Positions 40,641 through 54,350 are shown, counted from the first letter of the stretch. The stretch: 64,000 nt of DNA from Octopus vulgaris (GCA_951406725.2 OX597815.1:167152001-167216000), one strand, 5' to 3'. Program-made: numbers and translations. Notes: generated by a model from the letters alone, not told the origin.

Positions 40641-41662
40641 TGTATGTGTGTACATATATATAGATATCCATATATGTATGCATGTGTGAGTGTACATACA
40701 TACATGCATGCATACATACATACATACATACATACATACTTACATACACACACACTCCAACACATTAATATATGCATTTGTGTTTGTATATACACAAGTA
40801 TATATAAACATCAACAATATTGAAAATTGTTATATGTGTGTGTATTTATGTGTGTATATGGGTTTCGTTAACCCCAATATAGATGTAAATAAACTTTTCG
40901 GGCTTTTATAAATAAAATGAAAATATGACAAGAAAACGGAACTTGCAGAGCTCAAAATTCGGTTAAATTCCCTTACGAGGTTCCTATATTTAAAAACTAT
41001 TTTGAAAGAGCTATTACAAGAGCTGAGCTATAGACCAAAATCTAGTCAACGATGGCAGCTCTCGCTCTACAAGGCCGTTTCAGCCTGCTAGAAATAACAG
41101 CCAAAATACTCTCCATTCATACCAATATTTAATGTTTTACTTAAAAACAAAAACGACACACAAACACCAGATGCTCCTGGTTTGAACGCCTGTTTATCGT
41201 TGTTCTACTCGATCGGGGATAACCTGGGCTGAACCACCGCAACCACCAGCACCAATAATAACTACAATAGCAACAACCACATGAAAATCCGACAACAAAC
41301 TCATTTTCCAGCCAAATCAGTCTAGCTTCACGATCAGTAACACAAAAGTACTATTCTGATGGATTGGTGGAGCTCTAACAACAACATACTAGATGCCATG
41401 CAGAAGTTATTCTTTATTCTTTGTATTCTAGACTCAAATGCCATCATGGTCTACTAGGGGTGGGGTAGATTTTATCGATCGACCGTTCAACACCACTTCT
41501 TGACAATTGGGGCACTTTGGCAAAGCTCAAGATGTTGCAAGAATTTGGGTAGTCTCCAGTTTCGAAATATCCTACTCCATCCTGTTTTCCCATCTGTTTC
41601 AAAGAACCTGTAAAGAACCATGGAAATCGTCTTCCGTTCGAGCTATAATACCTAACTCAATT

Positions 41663-41695
<33 letters not shown>

Positions 41696-41696
<1 letters not shown>

Positions 41697-43705
41697 GAGC
41701 AGAGGGGATGCTGCAAGGGCTCATACGGCAGTAAAGATCAGCTACGGATCAATAAAGCCATAACTGAATACAGCTGAAGAAAAAGAAGGGTCTAAGTAGG
41801 GCTTGGATCGATTATTGAAAGGTTTTTGATACTATTCCCTACACATATATCCTAAAAACACTAGCCATGAACTAAGTAGCACCATTAATCATAAAATATA
41901 TAAAACATTGCATGAATAAATGGCAAACAGTGCTACAGCTCCAGACAAAAGAGGGACTCATAAAAACCAGAGTCATCTCCATTAGAAGTGAAATACTCCA
42001 GAGAGACACGAACTCTCCATTTCTCTGCATGGCACTGACACCTTTATCTGACACACTAAACAGAACTGGATGTGGATACAAGTGTTACGCAAAACAATCA
42101 ACCATCTCTTGTGTATGGATGATCTACAAATGATAAACGGTTGGCAACATTACTGCAAACAGCACATGGATTTACCAAAGAAATAAACATGAAATTTGGC
42201 TTAGGAAAATGTGTCAAAGCAACCTTGAAAAGAGGAAAACTGGTTAGGAGTAACATCACACTAGATAAAGCAAATGAAGAATTAGACCAAAGCTACATAT
42301 ACTAATACTTAGGTATCAATGAACTAGATACGATACAACACATACAAATGTAAAGAAGATAAGAAAGAAATACTATAGACGAGTTTGATTAATAATGAAA
42401 ACGGAGCTCAATGCAACAAACAAGATAATATGTATCAACATTCTAGCTGTCCCAGTTATAATTTACAGTTACATTATTCTTAACTGGACTCTAATTGAAT
42501 TAATCAAAATCAACAGGCAAGCACGAAAAATAATGACAGAATTTAGGATGCATCACAAAAAATCTGACATAGAAATGTTATATTTACAACGTATCGAAGG
42601 TGGTAGAGGCCTTATACAGCTAGAAAACTAATACAAAATAACGACTATAGGATTACAGAAATACCTACTTCAGAAGTAAGGAAAAGTTATACAAATAGCC
42701 ACAAAACACGAACAAAAAAAACCTGCTTTCTGTTTTTAAGGAAGCTGACAAATACAAAGAAAAAGCCATAGCACCAAACAACTATGAAGAAAAAGAAGAA
42801 ACAACAAAACTTGTAAAACAACTGAGATCCAAACTAAAACTGGAATAGCAACGGATCATGATAAAATGATGGCAAGAAAAGCCCTTATATGGCAAATATT
42901 GTATTAAGCTAAATAGAAAAGAAATAGACAAAGCAAAATTTCAACAATGGCTGAGAAGCTCAGGACTCAAAGCAGAGATTGAAAGAGTTTTAATTGCAGC
43001 ACAAGATCAAAGCTTTCTTATCAAATAAAACATATAAAGAAAAGAAATATAAGAAATAACTGCAGAATGCGTGGTGATGTGAAGAAACAATAAATCATAT
43101 TGTCACTGGATATCCAGTCCTGTCTACGAAGATATATATTCACAGACAACAAAATCGGGACCTATATACACTGGAAGCTATGCCAACATTATGGAATAAC
43201 AACAGAAAAAGTCACAGAAAAGGTCACAGAAAATGAGAAAGCAACCATACTCTGGAATGTACCAATGCAAACAGATAGAGAAAGTAAAGTCAATAGACCG
43301 GATATAGTCGTCAGAGATCACCAAGAAAAAATGATTTCTAATCAATGTATCTATACCAACAGATGACAACGTTATCAAAATGAATCGGAGAAATTTTCAA
43401 AATAGAAAAATCTGAAAATAGAGGAAACTCGAATGCGGAGCCTAAAAACAGAGACAATTCCTATTATAGTAGGCGTATTAGCTATGACAAAAAAAAAAAC
43501 ATTCAGACAAATACATAACAAAACTACAAGAACTTAGAAGCATATATAACATAGAGTAGCTAGCAATACTAGTCACCGCACATCCTACACAAAATACCTT
43601 CAGTATAGTGAAAATAAGAGCACCACAACAAACCACAGCACATACACAAAGCGCACAGAGTTGCGCTCGGTAGTACAGTGAAAGCACGTGATGGAAATAA
43701 GATTA

Positions 43706-43709
<4 letters not shown>
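41696..43709 (+). mobile_element. 5'-truncated, degraded R4/Dong-like non-LTR retrotransposon (RT plus restriction-like endonuclease)
   Basis: AWIDY.K.FD, ILQRDTNSP, YMDDL near 42113, KFGL.KC, GGRGL, AAQDQ, IHWKLC..YG, RPDIVV; (AAT)n tracts on both sides at 41664-41695 and 43710-43778. Confidence 0.85.
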
Positions 43710-43778
<69 letters not shown>

Positions 43779-44082
43779 TTCCTGTTATTGTGGGTGCCCT
43801 AGGTATGATAAGAATGAGATGTCAGAAACATCTATATAATATCCCAGGAGAACCATGTCTCAGAGAAATTCAAGAGATTGTACTGACAAATACTTCCTGC
43901 ATCCTTGTAAAACCCTATCAATTTAAATGTATGTGTTATATTATATGGAGATATTTTGCTACTGCCACTGCCACTTCCCCTCCCCAAGCTTTCAGTCATA
44001 CTGTAACATTTGTTATCCTTCACTCGCCCTAGGACGTTTGTTGTGTCTCGGCTAGAGATTGTAATAAACTTGCATTAAATGT
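43779..44082 (+). mobile_element. 3' end of a second R4/Dong-like family
   Basis: IPVIVGALGMI...LREIQEIVL C-terminus plus 3'UTR, between two (AAT)n tracts. Confidence 0.75.
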
Positions 44083-44246
<164 letters not shown>

Positions 44247-44799
44247 ACAATGTTACGCCTCTCTATGCAGCATCTTAGGTGCGTGACTACTATAATATTG
44301 TTGGATCGACCGAAGCTTTGAAATTTAAATTTGTTAGACAGAAACTGTATGGAATCCCGTTTGTTGAGAACTTTGCTTGGTAGTCTTGGTTGGTAGACTG
44401 AATCTATCGTCCAATTTACACTACCATTTAGCCCTGTTGGTTCTTTTACGGACTCCATTTTTATGCAAGCATTCCGTCCATATCAGATGTCAAAAAGTAA
44501 CTTTATTCTTTTCATGCCAGCAGAATCGGACAGCCTAAACGTTTTCCTGCTCTTCTTTCACTATCTAAGCTTTAAAAAAACCGACACCTATACACACAAT
44601 GATGTATTTGCATATAGGTGTTATTTATGAATGCATCATATTTGTAAACAATTATTCCTTCGAAAACTTCAATGAAACTCTGATGAGATAATACTATACA
44701 ATCGCTCGATTAGAAATAGCATTAATTTTTTCCTCAACAACAAAAAGAAGAATGCAAGACGACATCGGTCAGTTCAGTGGTAGGAAACTATATATATAT

Positions 44800-45600
44800 A
44801 TAAACTTATACATAACATTTTATAATTATAAATATATTTATAATTAAGGTTCAGCAAAACTTTGCTTCACCACATACCGAAATTTAGAAATAGCAGTTAA
44901 AACTAACTATTTCACTACCATATACATACATACATATATATATATATGTATATATATATATAAAGTTTTGCTGAACCTTAATTATAAATATACTTATAAT
45001 TATAAAATGTTATGTATAAGTTTACCGATAATGGTTCTTTTAACATACGGAGCTACTTGGTAAAATTATTAATTATTAATTAATTGATTAATTTTACCCT
45101 TTATTATTATTGATAATATAATTCTCTCCCTGATAGTAAACTACAATTTTTTTTTCTGTAGAATTTTACTCATTAACACACGTGGGTGAATGAGGAGGAA
45201 TAGAGATCTCTTTCGTCTGTTTGAATTCGGAAGTACTGGTCGTTGGATGTATGTTATCTGATGACGCCTTGTCAGATAAGTATGTTTAACTTTTTAAGCG
45301 CTCTCAAATTTAAAATATTGAATTACTGTACTAAAGAGGAGGATGATAGAGTGGAAATATGATTTTTTACATTTTTCACATCGCTCTAACTCCGAAACGC
45401 GTATACAGTTAATCAAAGCCGAATGGATTCGTTACTTTTTCTTTTTACCTGCGTGGGTTGTTGAGTATTTCCTGTCTGGGAGATTTTCTTATGGTAGTGA
45501 AATAGTTAGTTTTAACTGGTATTTCTAAATTTCTGTATGTGGTGAAGCAAATTTTGCTGAACCCTAATTATAATTATACTCATAATTATAAATTTTAAAT
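44800..45600 (+). mobile_element. Non-coding PLE-type element with inverted and direct pLTR-like terminal repeats and a hammerhead
   Basis: 44820-44920 is the reverse complement of 45490-45600; 44962-45022 is the reverse complement of 44802-44862 and a direct repeat of 45552-45600; bounded by (TA)n. Confidence 0.75.
45322..45413 (+). ncRNA. Type I hammerhead ribozyme fold with a G5A core substitution
   Basis: ACTGTA CTaAAGA GGAG..TAGAGTG...CGCTCTA a CTCC GAAA CGCG TA^ TACAGT; perfect 6-bp stem I; ACGCGT palindrome; predicted site after 45403. Confidence 0.75.
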
Positions 45601-45617
45601 ATATCTATATATCTATA

Positions 45618-45768
<151 letters not shown>

Positions 45769-45785
45769 GTAGGTAGGTAGGTAGG

Positions 45786-45830
<45 letters not shown>

Positions 45831-45831
<1 letters not shown>

Positions 45832-46849
45832 TGTTTCTTTATTAGCCACACAGGGCTGCACACAGACAGGACAAATTACAAGGTAGAGCTTTTCTTTTGG
45901 GGGTGAAAAAAGGGGGTTTGGTTTTCGATCAAAAGGGATTGTAAAAGGAAAGAAAGAGGACAAAAATTTTTAAAAGGGGGGGGGGGTTAAAAAAGGGGGA
46001 AAGGAAAAAAAGGGAAAGGAAAAAAAGGGAAAGGAAAAAAATTGATCACTAGGGATCGTTATCACAGAAATGTCAATATAAAGTGTAAAGGGGAGGACAG
46101 GTGAGGTTTACCTGTGGAAAGAAAAGCCTACGGAAAAGACCACGGTAACCTCGGTCAATGAAGTCACATGTTATATTTTTTTTTTTTTACAAATAAGCAA
46201 ATCTCTGTCTTAATTTTTACGGTTCATAGGATCATAGTCAAGGTGGCTTCGTCATTAATACGTGCCATCCTTGCTACATTCACCCATCTTTTTTTAAAAC
46301 ATTCACTAGACAACACTTGCCTCTCTACTCTCACTTTCCTCTTCAAGTGATACTTGAAGAAGTTGATGAGAGATTGACCAGAGAGGAAAGTCTTTGTCTC
46401 CAATCCTTTCAGGCGCGTCCACCAGATACATTCTTTCGCCATAGCCACAAGTATGATAAAAATAGCTCTTCCTTCCCGTTTGAAGGAAGGAGGCGTGACG
46501 ATATTAACGATAGACTCGGCTGATAAACCGACACGTCCCACACGTGACAGCAGTCGTTCGACATAAGCCCACAGGTCTGAGATTGCTGGACTCTGCACGA
46601 TTGCGTGCAGAACGGTTTCGTCGCTCTGCCCGCATCTCGGGCAGGTCGGCCCCGTGTTTCTCGAGCCATGCCTATAGGGCTTATCCCGAACGGGTAGCGC
46701 TTCTCCGTAGCACTGCCAGGTCAGGGATCTCTGGAAGTTGTCCATAGGTCCCGGCCCGAAAGTCCTTTCAAACAGGCGGGTCAGTTATTCCTCGTCGACG
46801 CCCAGGTTTGCCCCAAGATCGTCGTAGTACCTCCCCTCCACTAATCCCC

Positions 46850-46850
<1 letters not shown>
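45831..46850 (-). mobile_element. Tx1/L1-clade LINE 3' end (zf-RVT C-terminus plus 3'UTR) within (GATA)n
   Basis: ORF 46224-46745: LTWQCY..ALPV...CPRCGQSDETVLHAIVQ...W; pyrimidine-rich UTR with AATAAA; (TATC)n on both sides. Confidence 0.85.
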
Positions 46851-46883
<33 letters not shown>

Positions 46884-46884
<1 letters not shown>

Positions 46885-47246
46885 GTTTCTTTATTGGCCA
46901 AACAGGGCTGCACACAGATGGGACAAGTTACAAGGTAGAGCTTTTCTTTTGGGGGATGAAAAAAAAAAAAAAGGTGGCGTAGGTTTTCGATCAAAAGGGA
47001 TCGTAAAAGGGAAAAAAAAGGAAAAGGGAAAAGAAAAAAAGAAAAAAGGGAAAAGGAACAAAAGAAAAGAAAAATGAAAAAAGAAGAAAAAAGAGGAAAA
47101 AAGGGGAAGAGGAAAAAAAAACGATCAATAGGGATCGTGTATCACAGTGTCATGATGTATGGTGTAAAGGGGAAAGAAAGCAAGTAAGGTTTATCCGTGG
47201 GAAGAAAAGCCTACGAAAAAGACCACGGTAACCTTGGTCAATATTT
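46884..47246 (-). mobile_element. Second, UTR-only copy of the same Tx1-like element within (GATA)n
   Basis: Colinear with 45831-46160; both ends join (TATC)n. Confidence 0.85.
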
Positions 47247-47309
<63 letters not shown>

Positions 47310-47616
47310 TGATAGATGGAGCTACAGAACAACAACAGCGAGAGCTGCAGTGATCGAAACTAAATATATCTTTTGCCAAAAATTAGCATGTTTATGGGTT
47401 ATGTTGGTACGGGTGGTCTAATTCTTGTATACTAAAATAAAATTTTGGACACTACATCACATATTGCTGGAGCCACTGACGTCAGTGTGCAGACAGTGAA
47501 GAGAATTTTTGTGTTATCAGAGCCGCTTTGCTGTTATTACTGTCATTCAGGGAGGAGTCTGAGAAGATAAGGCCATCTATTAGACAACAGATTTATAACG
47601 TATTCAAACATTACAA

Positions 47617-47681
<65 letters not shown>

Positions 47682-48098
47682 GTATATATAGTTACATATA
47701 CTTATGCATGCACACATTTTTACAGATAACTACACACATACGCAAACACACAAACAATCAAACGTAAACACACTCTTGCATATATTATCTCAAAAGATTT
47801 TACACTTTGTGTATTGTTATCAATACCATATTCTTTGACTTAGACATAAGATTTGCTCCCTAGAGGGCCTTGTCTATAGATATACAGGGTAAAAAACCAA
47901 GAATTTTTATATCTTTATTAGTTTAAGATTAAGTGAAGACTGTGATTATATATAGTTTTGAAATATATACTTTGAAAAGAGCAAAAGTTACCATCATGTC
48001 AAAAATAGAGACGCTTTAAATATACTATGGAGTCTAAATAGATCCTTAAATTATCAGTAACGTTACGAAGCTGTTATTAAGTTTATACAACCATCTCA

Positions 48099-48144
<46 letters not shown>

Positions 48145-48827
48145 TGTTATCACTTTATTTGCAAATCTGTGTCGGTAGAACAGTGTTAATGCATAACCTT
48201 TGGAGGCCTAGATCAGAGTATAATGAGAGGGATGACTGGTGGATAAAAACCTGTCTAGTTCTCAATGTTTTTAGGCTTGTGAGTGACAGGAAAAGTGGGA
48301 CAGGAGTTCATTCCTGAGATATGGAATTCTGGAGAAGTAGTATGGTTGTGTTCAGGACGATATATTGAAGAGATGCATATCAAACGTGACGAGGCACTAT
48401 CTGCATTAAATTCAAATAGTAAAGCTGGTGCTCTCATATTTAATACAGAGAACCAAAAAAGTTTCATTGATTAAAATTGCACTCACATTGAGTTAAAAGA
48501 CTCATTAAGTTTATGACTAATTATACTCAAGCAAGGCCAGAGAGAGACAACACCTAGAATTTCAATTCCTAAAACTTAATTTTGAAATGTAATGCGAACA
48601 AAACTGTAAAGGGGTGAGTACAGTGACAGATTCCCTTAATTTTCTCCACACATGAGAGCAGCCACTATACCTTGCTTGATCTGCTGAAAATAACAACCGC
48701 ATGTCCTCGAAATCTCTGTCTACTATCTTAAACAGAGTGTGTGTGTTTGATGCATTTTGGCAAATCAACTCTACATAAATATACATATACATATATATAT
48801 ATATATAATATAATATAATATAATATA

Positions 48828-48858
<31 letters not shown>

Positions 48859-49639
48859 TACATATGTACATGTACATACTTACATCTATACGTATATCTG
48901 TATGCATATGTGGGCACAGGACGTCATGAAAATACGAAATACGAGTACATGGAATATGAACTATTTTTCCGAACAACAAAGGACACACATGAAAAACAAG
49001 ACAAAAAATATAAAGAACGACCTTTCATCAGTTGTTGGCTGTTTTTCTACTCTCATATTTCGAGCATTTAACAATATACGCTTTCGATAGAACAGTTGCT
49101 CCCGCAAAGCAAATTAAATAATATTTGGAATTTTGCGGAGGTTCAAAATTGGTAACGCAAACAGGACAGTGAAAACAAAGAGGAAGAGCTGCTAAGACTA
49201 AACGAGGTTGTGGAAGCTTGGACAGGAGATAGACAAGAACACGTCTTCCTTATTCCAGCTACAACGGATAGAAAGAAAGAAACACAAGTTAGGAGAAGAA
49301 AGAAAGATGGCTGATAGTCACATGGGAGCCACGTGAGCGACGGAGGAGGAGAGAGGGAGAGAAAGTGATAGAGTAATAGAATAGGATAATGGGAGAAGTG
49401 GAGGTAAAGGAATAAGAGAGAGAAAGTGAGAAAAACGAAAGAGCAAAAAGATCGTATAGAGTGCGCATCAGAATCATTACGATAAAACTTACCTAGAAGA
49501 GGTGGGGTGCCGTTCAATCATATAATAATATAACTAATATATATATGCATATATATATATATACTATTTATATTATTATACGTATATGTATATGTACATA
49601 TATATATACGTATATGTACATATATATAAATAGACAGAC

Positions 49640-49681
<42 letters not shown>

Positions 49682-51433
49682 CTAGATAGACAGATAGATA
49701 GATAAGCACATACATACATTTGTGTATTGTTTTCCCATGTGTGTAATGTGTGTGCATGCATATGCATATTTGATTTGCAATGTGTCCTAAGTAACATAAA
49801 TTGATGAAAACAGTACAAAGGGCAAAAAGTATGAACAGAAATTCAGCTTGAATAATTTCAAAGTAGCCGTAAATAGCTGCAGGAAAATAATAATTATGTA
49901 CAAAACGAAAGTTTAAATCTCAGGCATGTTTCACGGAACCAATAATGTATTATAATACTTATAAATACGTGTCATATATTTGTCATATATTGTAGTAGCA
50001 TGATCGAAGGCAGGATTAGCAATTGTTTCTTTGATCATAAATTCACATTCAAGAATTATGGAGGCAGGAACAACACAGGTCTGTCTAAATATGTACAGCA
50101 CTTGAACGAACAACACATTGATATCAACAGGTTAACCATTGAACACAACACGTCCTACATAAAAGTATAAAATTATTCTTGACTATGCACTGCACAGAAT
50201 TATCAGATAATAAAAGGTAAATAATGTCCCCGTTTCGTGGCATTGAATGCTAACAATAATTCCCTTAGCACTGAAACAATTCTTTTTATCGATTTACCTT
50301 CATGATATTATATACATCTATATTGCTCTCTGGCAATTTTCGCAACCATCTCGACATGACTGTCCGTTCGAACGGACTTTACTGTCCATTCGAACGGACT
50401 TTACTGAAGTGGCTACGAACATTACTTGTTAGTACAGCTACAGCGTTGATCTCTTAGGGGGATTTTAGAACTAGCATTTTAGCTACATTGGTAGATTTCT
50501 GAAAAAGAACATTATAGTCATATCATATTTTGAGATATATTTTTAACATTTACAGCTCCAAATTATATGTTAATTCTAGATTTGTTGATGCTATATGCCG
50601 ACTGTCAATGTGCAAAGAAAAGAGGCATGGGTTTACTGACATTTAAACTTATTCTAACACTCATTGCCTTTCATAGACCTTCATGCATGTACACATCACT
50701 TAGTTTGAAAAAAATATCTTTTATTTGTCCCCCGGCTGAAGAAGGCTCCGCTGGTGTAAAAACACATCAATCCACCAGAAGCACTGAGTGTATAATATTT
50801 CTAGTTGAATATGTTTGCCTTGAGTTGTTTATAATTCAGTTAATCTACATAGCATTATATTAGTTTGAATTAATGTCTGAGGGCTTGTATGTGTATGTAT
50901 GTGTGTATGTATGTGTGTATGCATCTCTGAGTTTGTTGTATATGTGTTACTAAGTGCAGCGGTAGTCTGGTAGTTATTTGAATATATGTAACTGTGTGTA
51001 TTGATGAGTGAACTTAAAATACTTAAAATCACATTATCAATTCTAACAAGTAGGCACGTTTAATTGATTCCAGTTGTTTCATGAAATGGCCTTCCCACAC
51101 CGCATATGGAATAAGGCATGAAAAAGTAAATGAGCGTTGGGAGGCAGTACTGAAGGAAAGAGAAGCTAAGAGGAACAAACAAGAAGCAAGACAATAACTA
51201 AAACTAAATAAAATGAAGCATTGCCTTATGTTGGAGAATGAAGAAAAATGGTTTAGATATAACTAAATACGCAGAGACTGCAGTATGAGGAAGTAATCGT
51301 GTCACCTGTTTGATGTCTACCATAGCTTTAACGAATGGAAGCTAACCAGACGATATAGTTCTTCGATGTTTCGAGTCACTAATTCTTCCTATCACTATTA
51401 CCAAAACCACCCGCTGCTCTTCATGGTAAAGCG

Positions 51434-51623
51434 TCAGCCGTATTTCGTCTGCCGTTAAGTGTTCTGGGTTCAAATTCCGCCGAGGTCGACTTTGCCTTTC
51501 ATCCTTTCGGGGTCGATAAATTAAGTACCAGTTACGCACTGGGGTCGATGTAATCGACTTAATCCCTTTGTCTGTCCTTGTTTGTCCCCTCTATGTTTAG
51601 CCCCTTGTGGGTAGTAAAGAAAT
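51434..51623 (+). mobile_element. 5'-truncated young tRNA-derived SINE (Meta-domain-like)
   Basis: gttcaaattccgccgaggtcgactttgcctttcatcctttcggggtcgataaattaagtaccagttacgcactgggg...gtaaagaaata. Confidence 0.9.
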
Positions 51624-52349
51624 ATATAGTGTGTTGAAAGGGATTAATCAGAGACAATACTTTCAAGTGACTGCTTGGAACGCGATGACAGCATTGACGG
51701 CTAGGAGTAATAACAGGCAGTTAAGAGAGGCATACCAACTGACTGAACGATAAAGAAGACATAGCTGAAATATTTTCCCCCAAAGAAGGATTTTGTATCG
51801 GTTCACACTGAGTGCTTTTTAGCTATATACAAAATATCTTCAGACTGAAAGGTTTCGCAGATAGACATGTTTTTCATTACATTTTCTGTTTAACTTATAT
51901 TTTCCTCACAGTTAAGCATTCTTTCTCCTCTCCCTTTCTCCTCTTTTATCCCTAATTACTTTTAATCTGCGTTTAATTAAGCCAATAAATGATAGCGGTG
52001 GTGCCTACTTTTAAAACCAAGCACGACGCTTGTGTACCAAATCTTAACAGAAAGAAGAATTAATTTGTACTTATTCATAAATTATCTCCTTTATATATTT
52101 ACTTATTTTTTTATATCTGCAGTTTCGTTATGGTAACTTTTATACTTTTCAGCTTTCCACGTTCCTTTCTTTAATGACCGTTCTTCAGTTTCCATTATAA
52201 ACTAACACACAATGAAACTCATACTATATGAAACATTATATATGTATATGTGTATGCGTGTGTGCAAGAATGTATACATATATATATATATTAATATATA
52301 TGTAAGAAGCATGCAAAATCTCCATGTCGAATCAAAATGTTTTAAATAG

Positions 52350-52363
52350 TAATAATAATAATG

Positions 52364-52431
<68 letters not shown>

Positions 52432-52456
52432 AATGATAATGATGATAATGATGATG

Positions 52457-52521
<65 letters not shown>
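52350..52521. repeat. (AAT)n/(GAT)n microsatellite
   Basis: Direct periodicity. Confidence 0.95.
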
Positions 52522-52522
<1 letters not shown>

Positions 52523-52745
52523 TTTGAGTGGGATGGGTTACCCGACCAGAAGAAAATTCTAACTGGGCCCCACCCGCAAGGTCATGCGCTGTTTATCTTG
52601 TTATGAGATCACCATGTCGCGCACATATGTTTGCGATGCATGTGCCTGGTGTACCCTGATCAGACGGGTAGTCATGATGGGTATACTGGGCTTCGTATAT
52701 TTTACCCCAGTGTGACTTTGATGGTATGCACTGCTCTCTCACTCA
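52522..52745 (+). mobile_element. GC-richer insert of about 220 bp embedded in (AAT)n; probable 3'UTR or SINE partner of an (AAT)n-targeting LINE
   Basis: Sharp compositional boundaries; ends ctctctcactc-(AAT)n; no ORF. Confidence 0.5.
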
Positions 52746-53038
52746 ATAATAATAAAAATAATGATAATAATAATGATAATAATAATAATAATAATAATAA
52801 TGATAATAATAAAAATAATAATAATGGTAAGTAGCTTGCCTACCAACCACATTCTTCTGGATTCAGTCCCACAGCATGGCACCTTGGACAAATATCCTCT
52901 ACTATAACCTCGGGCCGACCAAAACCTTTGTGAGTGAATCTAGTAGATGGAAACTGAAAGAAGCCTGTCGTAGATATATATATATATCTGTATGTATGTA
53001 TGTATGTATGTATGTATGTATGTATGTATATCTATCTA

Positions 53039-53083
<45 letters not shown>

Positions 53084-53147
53084 GAAATGAAGAAAATGCT
53101 GACAAAATAATTTAAGTAAGGGAGAGTGTATTTAATTACGTGAAAGT

Positions 53148-53187
53148 TCTTTTTACCGGTTGCGCATTTGTTATGCTTATCAAAAGA
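53148..53187 (-). ncRNA. Minimal type I hammerhead fold, U3-A8 core, with an A13C substitution
   Basis: tctt TTGATAA GCAT aacaa ATGC GcAA CCGG TA^ aaaaga; ACCGGT palindrome. Confidence 0.6.
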
Positions 53188-53350
53188 TATTTTGAGTGAG
53201 ATAGAGTTCCTTTCTGATTGATTTTTTTCTCTTATCATTTCCTTTTTTTATATATCACAACTCGTGTTCCACATCTCCTTTTTAAATATATATATATATA
53301 TATGAAAAAACAAGTCAAGATAGAAAAGGCTAAAATAATTTTATAAAGAA

Positions 53351-53398
53351 CATTTCAGTACCGGTTTCGGTCATTTTGAGACCTTTTCAACTGTAACG
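53351..53398 (-). ncRNA. Minimal type I hammerhead, U3-A8 covariant core, apparently intact
   Basis: CGTTACAG TTGAAAA GGTC tcaaaat GACC GAAA CCGG TA^ CTGAAATG; stem I pairs at 7 of 8 positions; ACCGGT palindrome; predicted site between 53359 and 53358. Confidence 0.75.
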
Positions 53399-53515
53399 AT
53401 TAAATAATTAAATTTAGAAAAATTAAAAGAAAAGATTTTTTAAAGGAATATTTGTATAGTGTTCAAATATAAGTGGCATTTTCCTTGTTTCTGCCTTTCT
53501 CTGTCTCTCTTGTTT

Positions 53516-53586
<71 letters not shown>

Positions 53587-53939
53587 ATATATATACATAT
53601 ATATGTGGGGGTTGGTGCGTGTGTGTGCGTTTATTTGTCTCTCCCTCCATCATCGCTTGACAACCGATTCTGGTGTGTTTACGTCCCCGTAACTTAGCGG
53701 TTCGGTAAAATAAAAATAGAATAAAAACTAGGCTTACAAAGAAAATGTCCTGGGGTAAATTTGTTCGACTAAAAGCGGTGCTCCAGTATGGTTGCAGTTA
53801 AATGATTGACACAAATAAAAGAATAAAAGAATATTAATATATATATATATATACGCACTACACACACACACATACACACATACATACATACATACATACA
53901 TACATACATACATACATACATACATACATAAATTCTCTT

Positions 53940-54095
53940 CTTGTTTCTCTCCTTGTTTTTTCTATCCCTTTCTGTAGAAGAGCGTAGGCTCGAAACGTAA
54001 AAGAGCTTTTCTATTCCTGAGTGTTATACTAATACATCTGTTTGTTTTGTACGCCACCTGTCTTCGTCTTTTGTTTTTTTCGTAAACTCTCCCCA
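53940..54095 (+). mobile_element. About 160-bp TA-abutting cassette with a minimal hammerhead (A6U core)
   Basis: 53968-54003: CTTT CTGTAGA A GAGC gtag GCTC GAAA CG TA^ AAAG; colinear with 36563-36719. Confidence 0.75.
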
Positions 54096-54314
54096 TATAT
54101 ATATATATAAGGTACGCAATAGATGCAAATCGAAATGCCCGAAATATTTTATTTTATTTCGATGTACCAATTGCATCTTACACCCTAACTCTTTTATTCG
54201 TGCATAAGAATTGATTATCACAGACACCAGATGCATATGTGTATGTATACATATATACATACTTACATATATATATATATATATATGTGTATATATATGT
54301 ATATATGTATATAT

Positions 54315-54350
<36 letters not shown>

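Larger units (their letters stand above)
52825..53832 (+). mobile_element. CORE-like composite SINE whose internal microsatellite has expanded and taken up two cassettes
   Basis: 5' module 52825-52972 and 3' module 53620-53832, separated by TA/GTAT tracts and the inserts at 53080-53285 and 53303-53522. Confidence 0.65.

Noticed and set aside
45253-45278. CTGATGA inside ttatctga...tcagataa
   Set aside because: A simple hairpin that sequesters the box; no GAAA partner
48283-48474. 63-aa non-repetitive ORF
   Set aside because: GTG start, no recognisable domain and no clear splice structure
49015-49110. CTGATGA and GAAA boxes on the minus strand of a TA-flanked cassette
   Set aside because: I could not build consistent stems I-III; the cassette may still be PLE-related
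50731-50782. cgg CTGAAGA A GGCT..ctggtg/caccag..agc, the 5' half of a hammerhead
   Set aside because: No GAAA, stem III or cleavage triplet follows; at most a truncated relic
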